Part shown: positions 1 through 10,800 of the stretch, in pieces | How positions within the stretch are numbered: the first letter of the stretch is position 1 | Layout of the letters: every line of letters begins with the position of its first letter | Assembly (NCBI GenBank): GCA_036277115.1 | Contig: DASUNM010000015.1 | Location: 108,451-172,450 of the forward strand | Direction: 5' to 3' | Length of the DNA stretch: 64,000 nucleotides | Origin: Pyrinomonadaceae bacterium | GTDB lineage: Bacteria; Acidobacteriota; Blastocatellia; Pyrinomonadales; Pyrinomonadaceae | Program-made: the position numbers and the translations under genes | The notes under the pieces: generated by a model | Told to the model about the DNA's origin: nothing | Seen by the model: only the letters and a program-made list of their open reading frames with translations | The model's database searches: none

Positions 1-34
1 TTGGGAACCTCCTGTGATGAAAAGAGACGAGTTA

Positions 35-1291
35 TCATTGTTCAAAATCGAGACGAATGGCTTTGGGTGGGTGAGGCTGATTTGCCGTTGCTCTGTCCCG
101 GCGGAATGCCTCAGCGTAATTGCGCACGTCGATCGCCTTAGCAGAGATCACGTCAACGCGTTTATCGATTGCAATGGTGACGCGAACACTGCGTTGCGCT
201 GGCGCGAACCGAGCAACCTCAGAACTGGCTGGTGTCACTTTATGTTCGGGCGTGGCGTCAATTATGACCGCGCTCGCTTCCGGCGACTGAGATTCCTCCA
301 GCGACCTCCAATTGATCGCAAAACGAACCGGGCGCTTCGAGTCTTTCGGGCGAATTCGGACAATAATCCTCGAATGCTGATTTGAAGGCCCTGGAGCTTC
401 GATAAAGGATCCTTCCGTAACATTCTCGACCCTGATTAACGCAACGCCACACGGCGCACAACCCAGATTGCCGCGAACCTCAGGAAAGGCCGGCGCCAAT
501 TTGCTTGCGGTGACGTTTATCGTGCCAATACTCGTCGAATCGTCCGGAGACGAACCGCTCAAATAGACGATCAGGTATTTGCCTTCGGTTTCCACTCGCA
601 CAGTCATGGGACGAACCGGGCGAGGCGGCGGTCGCGGCGGCGGTAAAGCATCCAGTCTGGGCTCGATCTCAAGACTGCCCCCAGGTTTTAAGGTAACGGT
701 ACGCGTCACAACTGCATAGCCAGCTCTTGAGACAGTGATTTCATACTCGCCTGGTGGAAAAGCGACATCTTCGATCGCGCTTGCATACGAACCCACGTGC
801 TGGTTCCGATCGATATTCCTAACTTCGATGGCGGTGCCGTCCACGGTAGGCTGAACGGTCAGCGTCGCCTTCAAGAGCTCAAGTGTCAGCGTCAACGAGG
901 AAGTGTCGCCGGCCTTTAGATCGACAGTTTGCTCGGCATCCCCGTAGCCTGGATGGCGCGCCGTGATCGTATAGGACATCGGCGGCAGTGTGAGAACAAT
1001 GGTTCCGCTGGTATCTAGTTTTTGCGATTCGCCATTCAGCCAAACTGAGCTGTCGGCCGGACTCACTGCAAGGTACAACCTCCCGGGTTTGACTCTGGCC
1101 GACGCGGGCTTAGGGCTGGACGGACGGCCGCTCCCCTTCTTCCGTGGGTTAGTTGAACGGTTAGTGCCTGCGGGCGGCGGTGGTCGGGTAGCGTTTTCGT
1201 CTTGAGCCTGAAGGTCACAAACCAAACCGCTAAAAATAGACACGAACATCAGGCAACAAAAAGGAATCCGCCAGTTGTGTTTGTAACTCAT
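35..1291 (-). CDS. Membrane-anchored/exported protein with Pro-rich linkers and two PEGA-like repeats; last gene of the 17-kb cluster
   Basis: ORF 35..1363. The internal ATG at 1291 lies 10 nt after the upstream stop (1302) and is preceded by GAGG. N-terminal hydrophobic helix IPFCCLMFVSIFSGLV. PEGA-type segments YTITARHPGYGDAEQTVDLKAG and FPPGEYEITVSRAGYAVVTRTVTLKPG. Confidence 0.7.
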   Translation of the reverse strand: MSYKHNWRIPFCCLMFVSIFSGLVCDLQAQDENATRPPPPAGTNRSTNPRKKGSGRPSSPKPASARVKPGRLYLAVSPADSSVWLNGESQKLDTSGTIVLTLPPMSYTITARHPGYGDAEQTVDLKAGDTSSLTLTLELLKATLTVQPTVDGTAIEVRNIDRNQHVGSYASAIEDVAFPPGEYEITVSRAGYAVVTRTVTLKPGGSLEIEPRLDALPPPRPPPRPVRPMTVRVETEGKYLIVYLSGSSPDDSTSIGTINVTASKLAPAFPEVRGNLGCAPCGVALIRVENVTEGSFIEAPGPSNQHSRIIVRIRPKDSKRPVRFAINWRSLEESQSPEASAVIIDATPEHKVTPASSEVARFAPAQRSVRVTIAIDKRVDVISAKAIDVRNYAEAFRRDRATANQPHPPKAIRLDFEQ

Positions 1292-1301
1292 GGTTGAAGC
1301 C

Positions 1302-2753
1302 TCACAAATCCTTGGCGCATCGAAACCCTGTATTCGCGTAACCAACCAAGGCGCCCCGCGCATCCCACCCTTTTCTAAAGGTTGCTGTGGCCTTTCCGGG
1401 AGTACTGCCCCAATAGCCTCCGCGAATTACTCTTAGTTCGGCTTGATTTTGATCGGGCGCTTGTCCTCCGGGATACGCCCTGAATTCGGTTGCCGTCCAC
1501 TCCCAGGCATTTCCGATCATGTCCATCACGCCAAAAGGGCTTTTCCCGTCCGGATAAGAACCCACATTCGCAAAGTGGCGGACGGTGGCATCGCCGGCGT
1601 TCGCGACGTTGTTTCGCCATTGATTTCCCCACGGATACAACCGGCCGTCGGTGCCACGCGCCGCGAATTCCCATTCTTCTTCGGTCGGCAAACGTTTACC
1701 GCTCCACTGTGCGTACGCATTGGCGTCGTACCAATCAACGCCGGTAACGGGATTCTGGTGGGAGCTATTTGGACAATTGCCTTTGACCCAACCTGGCGGC
1801 AGCCGATGATTTGTCGCCTTTACGAACTTTTCGTAATCACGGCACGCAACCTCGTGCTGATCAAGAAAAAAGGGTCGGACTGTGACCATGTGCGCCGGCC
1901 TTTCATGCTCATCGCCCAGATCATTTCCCATCCTGAATTCGCCGCCCGGAACGTAGACCATGCCCGATGGCGGCGTGGGGATGACTACTGCCGGCAAAGG
2001 GCCCGCTCGTTTGGGACCGAAGACAATCGCGAACGCAGTTACCGCGATAACCGTCACGCCGACTGCGACTGTCACCGGCAACCATGGAATATTTCTTTTC
2101 CGAGGGGCCGCCGGTAAGACTGCTTGCCACGGAGCGGCAATGTACACGGCACGATCGTCGCGCTGGGCATCGGTTGCACCAGTGTTTGGCGGCGACGTTT
2201 CGTTCTTCGAGTTTGTCCCCTCGAAGGCGGCATCTTTGGACAACCGGGCTGACAGATCCTGCGAAACCTGCTTGCTGACGCTGGTTGATTGGGCCCCAAC
2301 TGAAGCCTCACAAAAAGGACATGCACTCCTTGGAGTGAGAATTAAGACTCCAATTTCCGGACATTGATGTTCGGCAGGGGCGGCAGCGGGATGCGTTGCG
2401 CATCCTGGGCAACTGGGAGCAATTCCGTTTTCAACAGTGATTGAATAAAGCTTTCGCCGGACGGGCACGGCTGATTCGATGCTTATCACCTGACACGCGG
2501 GACATAAGTAGCGTTTGGCCGTCGGTCGCTCGCAGACAAAGCATTCGGAGCGGCGCAAGAAACCATTCGTCACTTTCGAAGGCCAAAACGTCGCGCAGTC
2601 ACAGCAGTACTGCCACCAGGCCTGATCCGGAAAGCCACTCCCGATCGCGTGCCCGCCCTGTTCGCATGCCACCAACGAATCTCCAGCGGCCCGGAACCGG
2701 AGCTGGTGCTGCGGACAATAAAAAGTAAAGCTCTGCGTTGCTTCGGGTGACAT
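1302..2753 (-). CDS. Single-pass membrane protein: N-terminal 14-Cys zinc-ribbon-like module, TM helix, C-terminal FGE-sulfatase (SUMF1-type) domain
   Basis: 483-aa ORF. Residues 12-148 carry YC..C..GH..YCCDC..CxxCER..CxxC..CPGC..HxC..CPFC. TM helix WLPVTVAVGVTVIAVTAFAIVF. FGE-sulfatase-like motifs include GGEFRMGND, RVIRGGYWGS and GFRCAKD. Confidence 0.8.
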   Translation of the reverse strand: MSPEATQSFTFYCPQHQLRFRAAGDSLVACEQGGHAIGSGFPDQAWWQYCCDCATFWPSKVTNGFLRRSECFVCERPTAKRYLCPACQVISIESAVPVRRKLYSITVENGIAPSCPGCATHPAAAPAEHQCPEIGVLILTPRSACPFCEASVGAQSTSVSKQVSQDLSARLSKDAAFEGTNSKNETSPPNTGATDAQRDDRAVYIAAPWQAVLPAAPRKRNIPWLPVTVAVGVTVIAVTAFAIVFGPKRAGPLPAVVIPTPPSGMVYVPGGEFRMGNDLGDEHERPAHMVTVRPFFLDQHEVACRDYEKFVKATNHRLPPGWVKGNCPNSSHQNPVTGVDWYDANAYAQWSGKRLPTEEEWEFAARGTDGRLYPWGNQWRNNVANAGDATVRHFANVGSYPDGKSPFGVMDMIGNAWEWTATEFRAYPGGQAPDQNQAELRVIRGGYWGSTPGKATATFRKGWDARGALVGYANTGFRCAKDL

Positions 2754-2828
2754 GTTTCAACTGCGCCGTCTTTGTCAAAAGGAGCCCGACGAACCTTGAA
2801 TATCCCGGCTCGCTCGTCGCAATGATGC

Positions 2829-4592
2829 TCATCCCTCTGGATTAAGCGGTGAAGGTGATGCCTTCTCGCTTGCGCTTGAGATCACGGTAACAAAAAGCCT
2901 CTGGGACGTGCTCCCACCACGTCCGTCGTTTATTGTGACGTTTATGATCTTCTGTCCGGGCTCAACACCCGTCGAATTGAATATTGCGGTATCTCCTTTA
3001 TGAATGATCTCGCCGGCCGACGCTTTCCAGTCAAAGTAGAGAGGTGAGTCCCCGTCAGGATCGGTGGCAAAAACCCAGAGCTTTACCTGCCCACCAGTCT
3101 CTACGGTGAGGCTGTCGGCTGTGAAAAATTCAAGTTTCGGAGAATGGTTTGGCTTTACCTCAGGTGGTGCGCGCGTGGCTGTCGCGGGAGAGAATTGCCG
3201 CGGCAGTACTACAATCGTCAAATCTCCGCTAACCGCGCCTCCATGATTGTCAGTTACACGTAATGTAATTTTCACGGGAACAGGCGAAATAATGTGGCCC
3301 ATTCCCGCAGTGTTTAGGATTGCGGTGGAACCAGAATCGGAGTTCGTCTTTGCGATTTCCAACGCGGGTGACGAACTTTGCCAATCGTATGAGAGCATCG
3401 CGTTCGTAGTGCTCGCCTCAGCTAGAGCATACAAGGACACTATTTCTCCGACTCGTATCTGTTGATTGTTGCAATTGCAGCGCGGGGGAACTGTTAGGCT
3501 CGGCGGATTGTTCAGGACGTTGCGAGACACAACCGAAATCCGTTCTTGTCGGGACGCCGTTAATCCGAGTTCATCAGTCACGACCAATTCGATTGTAAGA
3601 TCAGTCGAGATCGCTTTTGGGATGATGCCATCCGTGTTTAGCAAAGCGTTCGCGCCGTCTCCGTTAATCGTGCCGGCAGATGAAAGCCAACGGTAGCGAA
3701 GTTCACCGCCATCTGGATCATCAGCCTGCGCTCTTAACGCGACGACCTGTCCTTGCTGAACGAGATGTTCACACTCAATTGCTCGAATGCGGGGCGGACT
3801 ATTCAGCCATTCCGTTAAGGTTTGCGAAACCGCGGCTACCGGCCCGCCCAGACCTACCAGAATTCCAAAAACACCAACGGCAATGCTGATGGTGGTTACC
3901 CAATGTGAAAACGTTCTGGGCCGGTGCACTCTTAACCACTCAAGCGGCAATTTACAGCGGTCAACCCACGTGCTTGAATTTGCGAATCCAGCGAGGTAAG
4001 CCAGGCTCTGCGGCTTGTCCGGCGCGTCGTGCTCATCCGGGGAGTCAGCGGGATCTTTCGCCGCGCCAACCTGTGTTAGCCACTCGTTGCAGAATGGACA
4101 TTCCAATCGGGGAGTTACGTATGTAATTCCCAAAATCGTGCATTCATGTTTAGCCAGGTTACTTGTGAGAGTCGCGACCAGACAGCCCGGGCAAACAGGA
4201 GACGCCCTTCCGTCTTGCAGAATCGCGAAGGACTTGCTTACTGAATTCTCGGACGCAATTGTCAGAAGCTTACAGTCGTTGCACAGAAACCATCGCGTGA
4301 CTGGGCGTTCACATTGCGAACATTGCGTATATGCGTCGTCACCTTCAAGGATCTCCCGTGGGACAAACTTCTCGCAATCGCAGCAGTACACCCAGAACTC
4401 CGTATACGGAAAATCGGTTGCAACTTCATGCCCGTTTGCACAGACGATGGTAGAGGCGCGCAGGGACGACACCGCTGCGCGCTCGGTCCTGCAATATACC
4501 TGTATTAGATCTGGCTTCGCGGTCGCGGTTGTGGTTGGTCGCATGTGAATCACGGACGAGCCCCCGCTTGTGCTCTGGGCCCCCGAAAACAT
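2829..4592 (-). CDS. Single-pass membrane protein: same 14-Cys module, TM helix, three PKD/Ig-like repeats
   Basis: 587-aa ORF. Residues 33-168 align with the Cys modules of the two neighbouring genes. TM helix WVTTISIAVGVFGILVGLGG. Three repeats of about 90 aa contain DPDGGELRYRW, LSYDW and DPDGDSPLYFDW. Confidence 0.75.
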   Translation of the reverse strand: MFSGAQSTSGGSSVIHMRPTTTATAKPDLIQVYCRTERAAVSSLRASTIVCANGHEVATDFPYTEFWVYCCDCEKFVPREILEGDDAYTQCSQCERPVTRWFLCNDCKLLTIASENSVSKSFAILQDGRASPVCPGCLVATLTSNLAKHECTILGITYVTPRLECPFCNEWLTQVGAAKDPADSPDEHDAPDKPQSLAYLAGFANSSTWVDRCKLPLEWLRVHRPRTFSHWVTTISIAVGVFGILVGLGGPVAAVSQTLTEWLNSPPRIRAIECEHLVQQGQVVALRAQADDPDGGELRYRWLSSAGTINGDGANALLNTDGIIPKAISTDLTIELVVTDELGLTASRQERISVVSRNVLNNPPSLTVPPRCNCNNQQIRVGEIVSLYALAEASTTNAMLSYDWQSSSPALEIAKTNSDSGSTAILNTAGMGHIISPVPVKITLRVTDNHGGAVSGDLTIVVLPRQFSPATATRAPPEVKPNHSPKLEFFTADSLTVETGGQVKLWVFATDPDGDSPLYFDWKASAGEIIHKGDTAIFNSTGVEPGQKIINVTINDGRGGSTSQRLFVTVISSASEKASPSPLNPEG

Positions 4593-4638
4593 CTTGTCAG
4601 CTTCCTACACTCTATTAATCGGACCTTGTCTCGCGAAA

Positions 4639-6603
4639 CTATTCGTATTCGCTGCCGGCTGAAAGTTGTTGGGCTTCGTTCAGTTTCTCTTTGATCTTCT
4701 CGAGGTTCATGTTGGCAGTTCCGACGGCCTGTGGACTGAGCACCCATTGGTACTCTGTTATCGCGGTCTCAAAATCCTTCTCGATCATTGCAATGTCGCC
4801 CAACCACGCGTGAGGGCGCGCCCAGTCAGGCGCGAGCTGAACTGCTTTCTTGTAGAAAACCTTAGCCTCAGAGTAGTTTCTTTCCATGTAATATGAGGTG
4901 CCTAAATTGTTGTAAGGATTTGCCCAATTGGGATTGCGGCGAACTGCGTCAGAATAGAGTGTCCGCGCCGTTGAATAGTTCTTGAGCGATGCGTAGACCA
5001 GCCCCGCGCTGTTGGCAGGTAGAGCCCATGACGGATCCAGTTGGGCCGCTTTTACCCAGTGCTCAATCGCAGCTTGATTCTGGTTAGCCAAGTAGGCCAC
5101 TCGACCCTGGCAGTAGGCACTCTTTGCGCTAATAAGACTGTCACCAGGCTTCAATTCAGTAGCCCATGACATCGCTCTCGTGGCGATTTGCCATTCCGAG
5201 GCTGGCGCTTCTTCATAGCCAGGCTGAAGCAGGTTTTGGGTAAGCTGCGTGGCCTGCCTCGTCAGTAACGGCACCAGTCGCTCTCGGTACTTGCGCAACG
5301 TCTCGTCATTGGCGCCGTTGGCTTTCAGTTGGTTGTAGAGTTGATAGGCGTTCTGGCTTGCAGGCGGAAATAAATTGCCTCTCGCTATTGCGTCGTCAAG
5401 CTGCTTCTCGACGCTGTTACTTCCCACGGTGTTAAGGGAAACAGCAATAATCACAACCAGCAGGAACACCAATCCAATGCCTGCCATCAGAACCTTGACT
5501 GCGGTTGACAGAGGTGATGGGATTCGCGAAGTGGAAGGCGACGCCGACCAGGAAGTAGTGTCGATCGGCGAAGCCGTCACGTTCTCAACGTCACCAACAA
5601 ACGATCCAGCAGGTGTCGATCCGGGGACAGGTAGGTTCTCCGGTGCAGTCAATTCAACTGGTAGAGTGACGCTTTCATAGTCAGCCGCCCCAGAGGCTCC
5701 GAAGGCCAGGCCACAGCGTCCACAAAATTGCTCGGTGGGTTTTCCGGCGGTACCACAGTTGGGGCAGACGATAAGTTCTTGCGTAATGCGCTGCGGCCCG
5801 GCGAGCTTGATTTCGATTGCGCCTGCTTCTTTGACGACCCACCCGGCCTCAGTCCGATCGACTGACGCAGGTCGAATGACAATAATCTCGCCCGCTGATG
5901 GGTTGTCGCAGTTAAAGAGTTCGTAATAGGTGTCGTAATACTGCCGCTTCGATTTAAGTTTCCTGGCCTTAGGAATCGCGAAGGACAAGTTCAGGCCGGG
6001 CACACCCGGCAAAAGGACGTAGTCGCCGTCGGCCGACGCTGTTAGTTGGTTTCCAGCGCTATCCAATTTCAGTTTGGTTGTCGTCTTGAGACTGGTTAAG
6101 CACTCTGACACCGTGCACGGAAAATCCGGCAGGCGTTCAAGGACTTCATCGCAGAAAGGACAAGTGGAAAAGCTCGTCACGAAAGAGGCGCCGTAGTCGC
6201 GACAGTCGTGGTCGATGACGGAATGTGAAGGCTCTTGCAGACAGCCCGGACAGGTGGGAGTCGGTATGCCGTTCGTGATCGCAAAGACCTTGCGACGACC
6301 TGGTTCGTCTGATTCGACACTAATGACATTACAGTCCCCACAGACATAGCGGCGGACTACGTTGCGTTCACAAGCTGGACATTCTTTGCTGGCGGCTTCT
6401 TTTTTTGCCGTATCAACGAGCCAGCAATGCTGGCAGTCACAGCAATATTCCCACGACGAGCTGTCCGGAAAATTCTTGGCGAGAGCATGGCCACCTGACG
6501 CACAGAGAATTGGCTTACTCGACGGGGCGTCGAAACCCACTTTATGGGTGATGCAATAAGCGCGAATTACGCGAGCGGTAATCGCGTCGGCTGGGGCAGC
6601 CAT
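4639..6603 (-). CDS. Single-pass membrane protein: 14-Cys module, shared YY..YYE..PSAG domain, double zinc ribbon, TM helix, periplasmic TPR repeats
   Basis: ORF 4639..6690. The ATG at 6603 has a GAGGAG RBS and avoids overlap with the upstream gene. Cys module encoded at nt 6151-6558. CPNCG..FCGRCG at nt 5710-5766. TM helix VLMAGIGLVFLLVVIIAVSL. The C-terminal part has TPR-like repeats (AYCQGRVAYL, ALPANSAGLVY, NPYNNLGTSYY). Confidence 0.75.
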   Translation of the reverse strand: MAAPADAITARVIRAYCITHKVGFDAPSSKPILCASGGHALAKNFPDSSSWEYCCDCQHCWLVDTAKKEAASKECPACERNVVRRYVCGDCNVISVESDEPGRRKVFAITNGIPTPTCPGCLQEPSHSVIDHDCRDYGASFVTSFSTCPFCDEVLERLPDFPCTVSECLTSLKTTTKLKLDSAGNQLTASADGDYVLLPGVPGLNLSFAIPKARKLKSKRQYYDTYYELFNCDNPSAGEIIVIRPASVDRTEAGWVVKEAGAIEIKLAGPQRITQELIVCPNCGTAGKPTEQFCGRCGLAFGASGAADYESVTLPVELTAPENLPVPGSTPAGSFVGDVENVTASPIDTTSWSASPSTSRIPSPLSTAVKVLMAGIGLVFLLVVIIAVSLNTVGSNSVEKQLDDAIARGNLFPPASQNAYQLYNQLKANGANDETLRKYRERLVPLLTRQATQLTQNLLQPGYEEAPASEWQIATRAMSWATELKPGDSLISAKSAYCQGRVAYLANQNQAAIEHWVKAAQLDPSWALPANSAGLVYASLKNYSTARTLYSDAVRRNPNWANPYNNLGTSYYMERNYSEAKVFYKKAVQLAPDWARPHAWLGDIAMIEKDFETAITEYQWVLSPQAVGTANMNLEKIKEKLNEAQQLSAGSEYE

Positions 6604-6670
6604 AGCAATGTACTCCTCTTGGGAAACCTGTCGACTCGGGATTATCAGCGTCAGCGTGTTAGCTCGGGCT

Positions 6671-7837
6671 CTAACGCACTTCGAGAACACCTTTCTCTCT
6701 CAACTGCCAACCTCCGGGAACGGTTGAGACGATGGCCGGGTCGATTATCCAGACATCTCCCGCGGAGGGTCTCTGGCATTCGTAATATCTCTCGTAGTAC
6801 GAATGAAACTCTTGCTTCGTCTGGAACTGAGCCACGCGCGGCACGACAAACAAAGGCTGAGCGTCATCGGCAACGCTTGCATCACGAATCAGGACCAACT
6901 CGCCTTTGCCGTCGATGTCATTCACCAGAATTCCGTTTTGGAAATCGGGTTTTACGACCGTTGAATTTCGCCTTTTCTTGTCCAGGTACTCATTGACCGA
7001 GGCGGGAAACTCAGGTTCAATCGGCTGTGGCGTTAGTCGTGAGTAGTCGTCGAAAGCCTGCCGAACCGTACCGCCGCCATAACCACCGTCGGGGCTTTGC
7101 CTGATTCGCCGTCCCAGCGCCTGCAGTTCGCCTTCAATCGATTCCAATCGTCCAGATGTTTTTTGCTGCTCATTCAGTGCTGCGCTGAACTGTTTGTTCA
7201 ACTCGTCGTGGCGGCGCTTAACGCCGGTTACATGGGCTTTCACAAGTTCGTTCACGTGGTCATCAAATTTCGCCCAGTAGCCTTTGCGCAGTCTCAGAGC
7301 ACCGAAGACGGCAAGCGCTATGAGGCCTGCTGCTGCAATTCCTCCGGCGATTGGCCAGATTAGACTCAGCAAGCCACCCCCTTCATCGCCACGTCCGGGA
7401 GACACCTCAGATCCAGAGGATTGCGTCTGAGAATCCGCAGGGCTGACAGTTGTCTTTGGGACACTTGCGGCAAAAGTCTCAGCGTCGGCGATCGCCCTAT
7501 CCATCGCCTTCACTTTGTCGCCGCGCAAGAAAGTTTTACCCCTCGCGACCACCTGTTGTTTCTCAGCGTCAATTGCCTCGCGGAGTTCGGTAGCAGCGTT
7601 CTTCACTCTTTGTTTGTCACTCGAGTTCTTCGCGGACGACAAAAATCTATTCGCAGCCGTTTCCAGTGACCTGCCTAACTGGGGCTCTTTGGTTTTGAGG
7701 GCTTTTTCCAGATCGCTTAAAGATTGCGCCAAAGCGGATTTGCTTTCTGCTTCTGTGGGCTGTGCGCGAACCGTGAAGGACCAGCCCACGCAAAAACAAA
7801 TCACTAGAAGGTAATTCAAATATGACGGAGCTCTCAT
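6671..7837 (-). CDS. Signal peptide, coiled-coil ectodomain, TM helix, cytoplasmic coiled coil, C-terminal YY..YYE..PSAG domain
   Basis: ORF 6671..7891. The ATG at 7837 has a GGAGG RBS. Signal-like YLNYLLVICFCVGWSFTVRAQ. TM helix LLSLIWPIAGGIAAAGLIALAVFGAL. The C-terminal 115 aa resemble the middle domain of the 4639..6603 protein. Confidence 0.7.
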   Translation of the reverse strand: MRAPSYLNYLLVICFCVGWSFTVRAQPTEAESKSALAQSLSDLEKALKTKEPQLGRSLETAANRFLSSAKNSSDKQRVKNAATELREAIDAEKQQVVARGKTFLRGDKVKAMDRAIADAETFAASVPKTTVSPADSQTQSSGSEVSPGRGDEGGGLLSLIWPIAGGIAAAGLIALAVFGALRLRKGYWAKFDDHVNELVKAHVTGVKRRHDELNKQFSAALNEQQKTSGRLESIEGELQALGRRIRQSPDGGYGGGTVRQAFDDYSRLTPQPIEPEFPASVNEYLDKKRRNSTVVKPDFQNGILVNDIDGKGELVLIRDASVADDAQPLFVVPRVAQFQTKQEFHSYYERYYECQRPSAGDVWIIDPAIVSTVPGGWQLREKGVLEVR

Positions 7838-7856
7838 CTTTGCCTCCTCAGCAGTG

Positions 7857-10800
7857 TCAGCTCTCTTTACTTTGCACGCGATAATTTCCATTCACTTGCG
7901 CGAGCGTGTCCAGAAAGTCCTTGTTGCTGCGGCGGGAATAAAAGACTTCGGACAAAAAGTGATTGATTGGCGAGACCTCAAGCCGCTCGATGCGCCCACT
8001 GAGTGTGGATACGAAATCATCGACTCGCCCGTTGATATTGGTCCACGCTTCTCCTGGCATGTTGTCCTCTTCACCAGCACGAACATTGCCAATGGAGGTG
8101 AAAACCGAAAGCACGGGACTCAAGGGAACTTCGAGATCTGCGGGAGCATCAAATCTGCCATTCTCGACTTGTTCGACGCCCGGGAACTTTTGTTCGAACG
8201 TCTCAGTCCCCCATCGCTCACACCAGCGGATGGTGGCCGGAGGCGAGCCGCTTAATTCCAGGCCTTCCAGGGTGAATCCCGCGTAGGGCGTTGCGGATGC
8301 ACCATCTCTCGATGCGCGCGTGCGCGCGGCATTCAGAGCGCCTAAGGCCACGTTAGTCTTGGCCTTACTCAGGTTCTCCTCGTTCAGCAGGATTAGGTTG
8401 TAGATCTTGAGCGCCTCTAGATATTCCCGCTCTTCTTCCGTGACCACCGCTGCCAATTTTTCTTTCAGTAAGTTGAGAATTCTTTTGGCTTCCTTCTCGA
8501 GGTGTCCGCCAAGGCGCTTGAACTCACCGAACAGCATCAATCCCCAACCGTTGCCGCCCAAAATCAGGTTGATGCCACTTGAGGGCTTCAGCTTCTGCTC
8601 GACGGCTGCCGCGCATGCTTGCAGCAAGGCGTAGGCGAGAATGTGTTGAAAAAAGAGGCGGGTGCGGTATCTCTGGTAGGACTGCGTGCCCATTCCTTTC
8701 CGCAAAATTGCGGATTCACGCTCTTGAAACTGCTGATCATTGAGACTGCTGATCCAGACCGAATACGTGATGTCGAGGTCAAAGCTGGGATCCGGATTCA
8801 GCAGTTTTAGTTCCGCGTCATCATTCGCACCCTGGAGTAATCGGCGCAGATGTTTCTTGAACTCACTCGCCCCAAGCAGATCGTTACCGAAATTCTTCTT
8901 CGCAAATTGAAAGAAGGTCTTGCCGGCAACGCGGATGCTGTCCAGGACCAGAAATCGCCGGTCGTGACTGACAGCGATGTCCGCCGTGCCCCCACCAACA
9001 TCGACGAAGACTTCCATCGTCGCTTTGTTGCCAACCGATCCGATCGATTCAGCAATCGCAGTGCTCTCGTCTACTCCTTCTTCATAATTCACGTCCTTAC
9101 CCAAGCCAGTTCCATAACAGATGTTACGTACCCGTTTCAGGGCCTGCCTTACCTTGTTGTGATAGCTGTCGCGATCGTCCTTTCGGAAGGCGAGCGGAAA
9201 CGTAAATACGTATCGATCGATAAGCATCCGCTTGCTAAAGAACATCTCGGCGTGCGCATACAGCAACGTGAGTTGCAGAAAGAGTGTTCGCCACGGCTCG
9301 GTCTTGCCATCGAGATCCCACTTTAGGTTGGCATGCGGCTTCCAGGTTTTGTTGAGGTCCCCTTGATACAGTCGTTGCTCGAGATCTCTATGCAACCCTG
9401 GGATGTCTACTTTGAAAATCTCGGCGACTGAAACGTCCTCCGATTTCAGCGCGTCGGTGAGGTTGGGATCACTCCTGCGCGATAAGAGAATAGTCGGGAA
9501 GAAACCTTTTGTGGTAGTCGCATTCCACTTATAAGGAAAGAAGCCCGGTAGTTCCAACGCCTCGCTCAGATCGCCACGCTTCCCCCACACGGGCCTGGGC
9601 GCAATGGTGAATCTCAAGATCTCCGGCTGACTGTCGCTGAACGCGTAGGCCAGGCAAGTGTTGCTGGTCCCGAAGTCAACGGACAGTTTCGTATCAAGCT
9701 CGCGATTAGCGGTTTGGTCTCCGCCGAAGTCCGCAAGGAAAAGTATGCCGCGCTCTCGCTCGCCATTGTCGGTCAACGCGAGAGCACGCGGTTGGTTCGG
9801 GACCTCCGAACCGGAGAGGACGCTTACGTACTCTTCCTCTTCGACATCGACCAATTTGCCGAGCCGGCCGTTCTGATCCACCAGGTGCCAACGGCCGGAG
9901 TCTTCCTTAGTGCCAAACCCGTACGCCGCGTACAAACGCCATTCACTCGACACCTTGGGCGGCCAGATCGCGAGCGACGAAGCGGCAAGACCCTTGGCGT
10001 ACGATGGTCGTGTCTGCCACTTCACTTCCCTGCCCGGCATGACCGGAATCGTCCATTCCACCGATGCGCCTTCAAGGCTTGGGAGCGCGGATACTTTTTC
10101 CAGGTTAGTCAGAATCTCGGGAAAGTGCCGAATAAATTCGCTTCTTATCGGCGCAAGACACACCGCCGCATCCTTCTCGGTGACCACCGGATCGCGTAAT
10201 TCCATTTTGTGAACCGATCGGATGTGCGCGGCCTGGGTATCTGAAGTCTTCGGAATCTTGCACCAGTGCGGAGTGTCGCTGAGGAACAGATCCTTCAACA
10301 AAACGATTTCATCGTTTTCAGATATTCGGCAACTAAATCGGCGGCCGGGTAACTCGACTACGATTTCCTTATCGTTCAGTTTCCGATACTGGTAGGGCGC
10401 GGGTCCGCTGGGAACGGTAGCCGCTTTCATCCACGGTTGCAGTTCGGGCAAACCATCCAGCAGATAAAAGATGCGGCCAACATTTTTCTCGTCATCCTGC
10501 TCAGTCGAGCGCTTGGCTTTACGCAACGGATAAAGCTGGAGCAACTCGTCGCTTTCCCAGTGTTTGAGCCCAGGAACCTCCCAGCTCGACGGATCCGTTT
10601 CAAGACTCCCGGTTAGATCAATTCGCCCTTTGAAGTTAGCTTCACAGAAATCGTACAGACGATCCTGAAGCGTCCGGCTTGAGACTGCGTATTCCGCAAT
10701 TAACCTGAGGTGGGCATGGAAGTCCTGGTTTTCCTTGTCACTGGTGAGAAGAATGCGCCGGCTTCGGGTCCAAGACAGTCGATCGTCCAGTAGGTAATCG

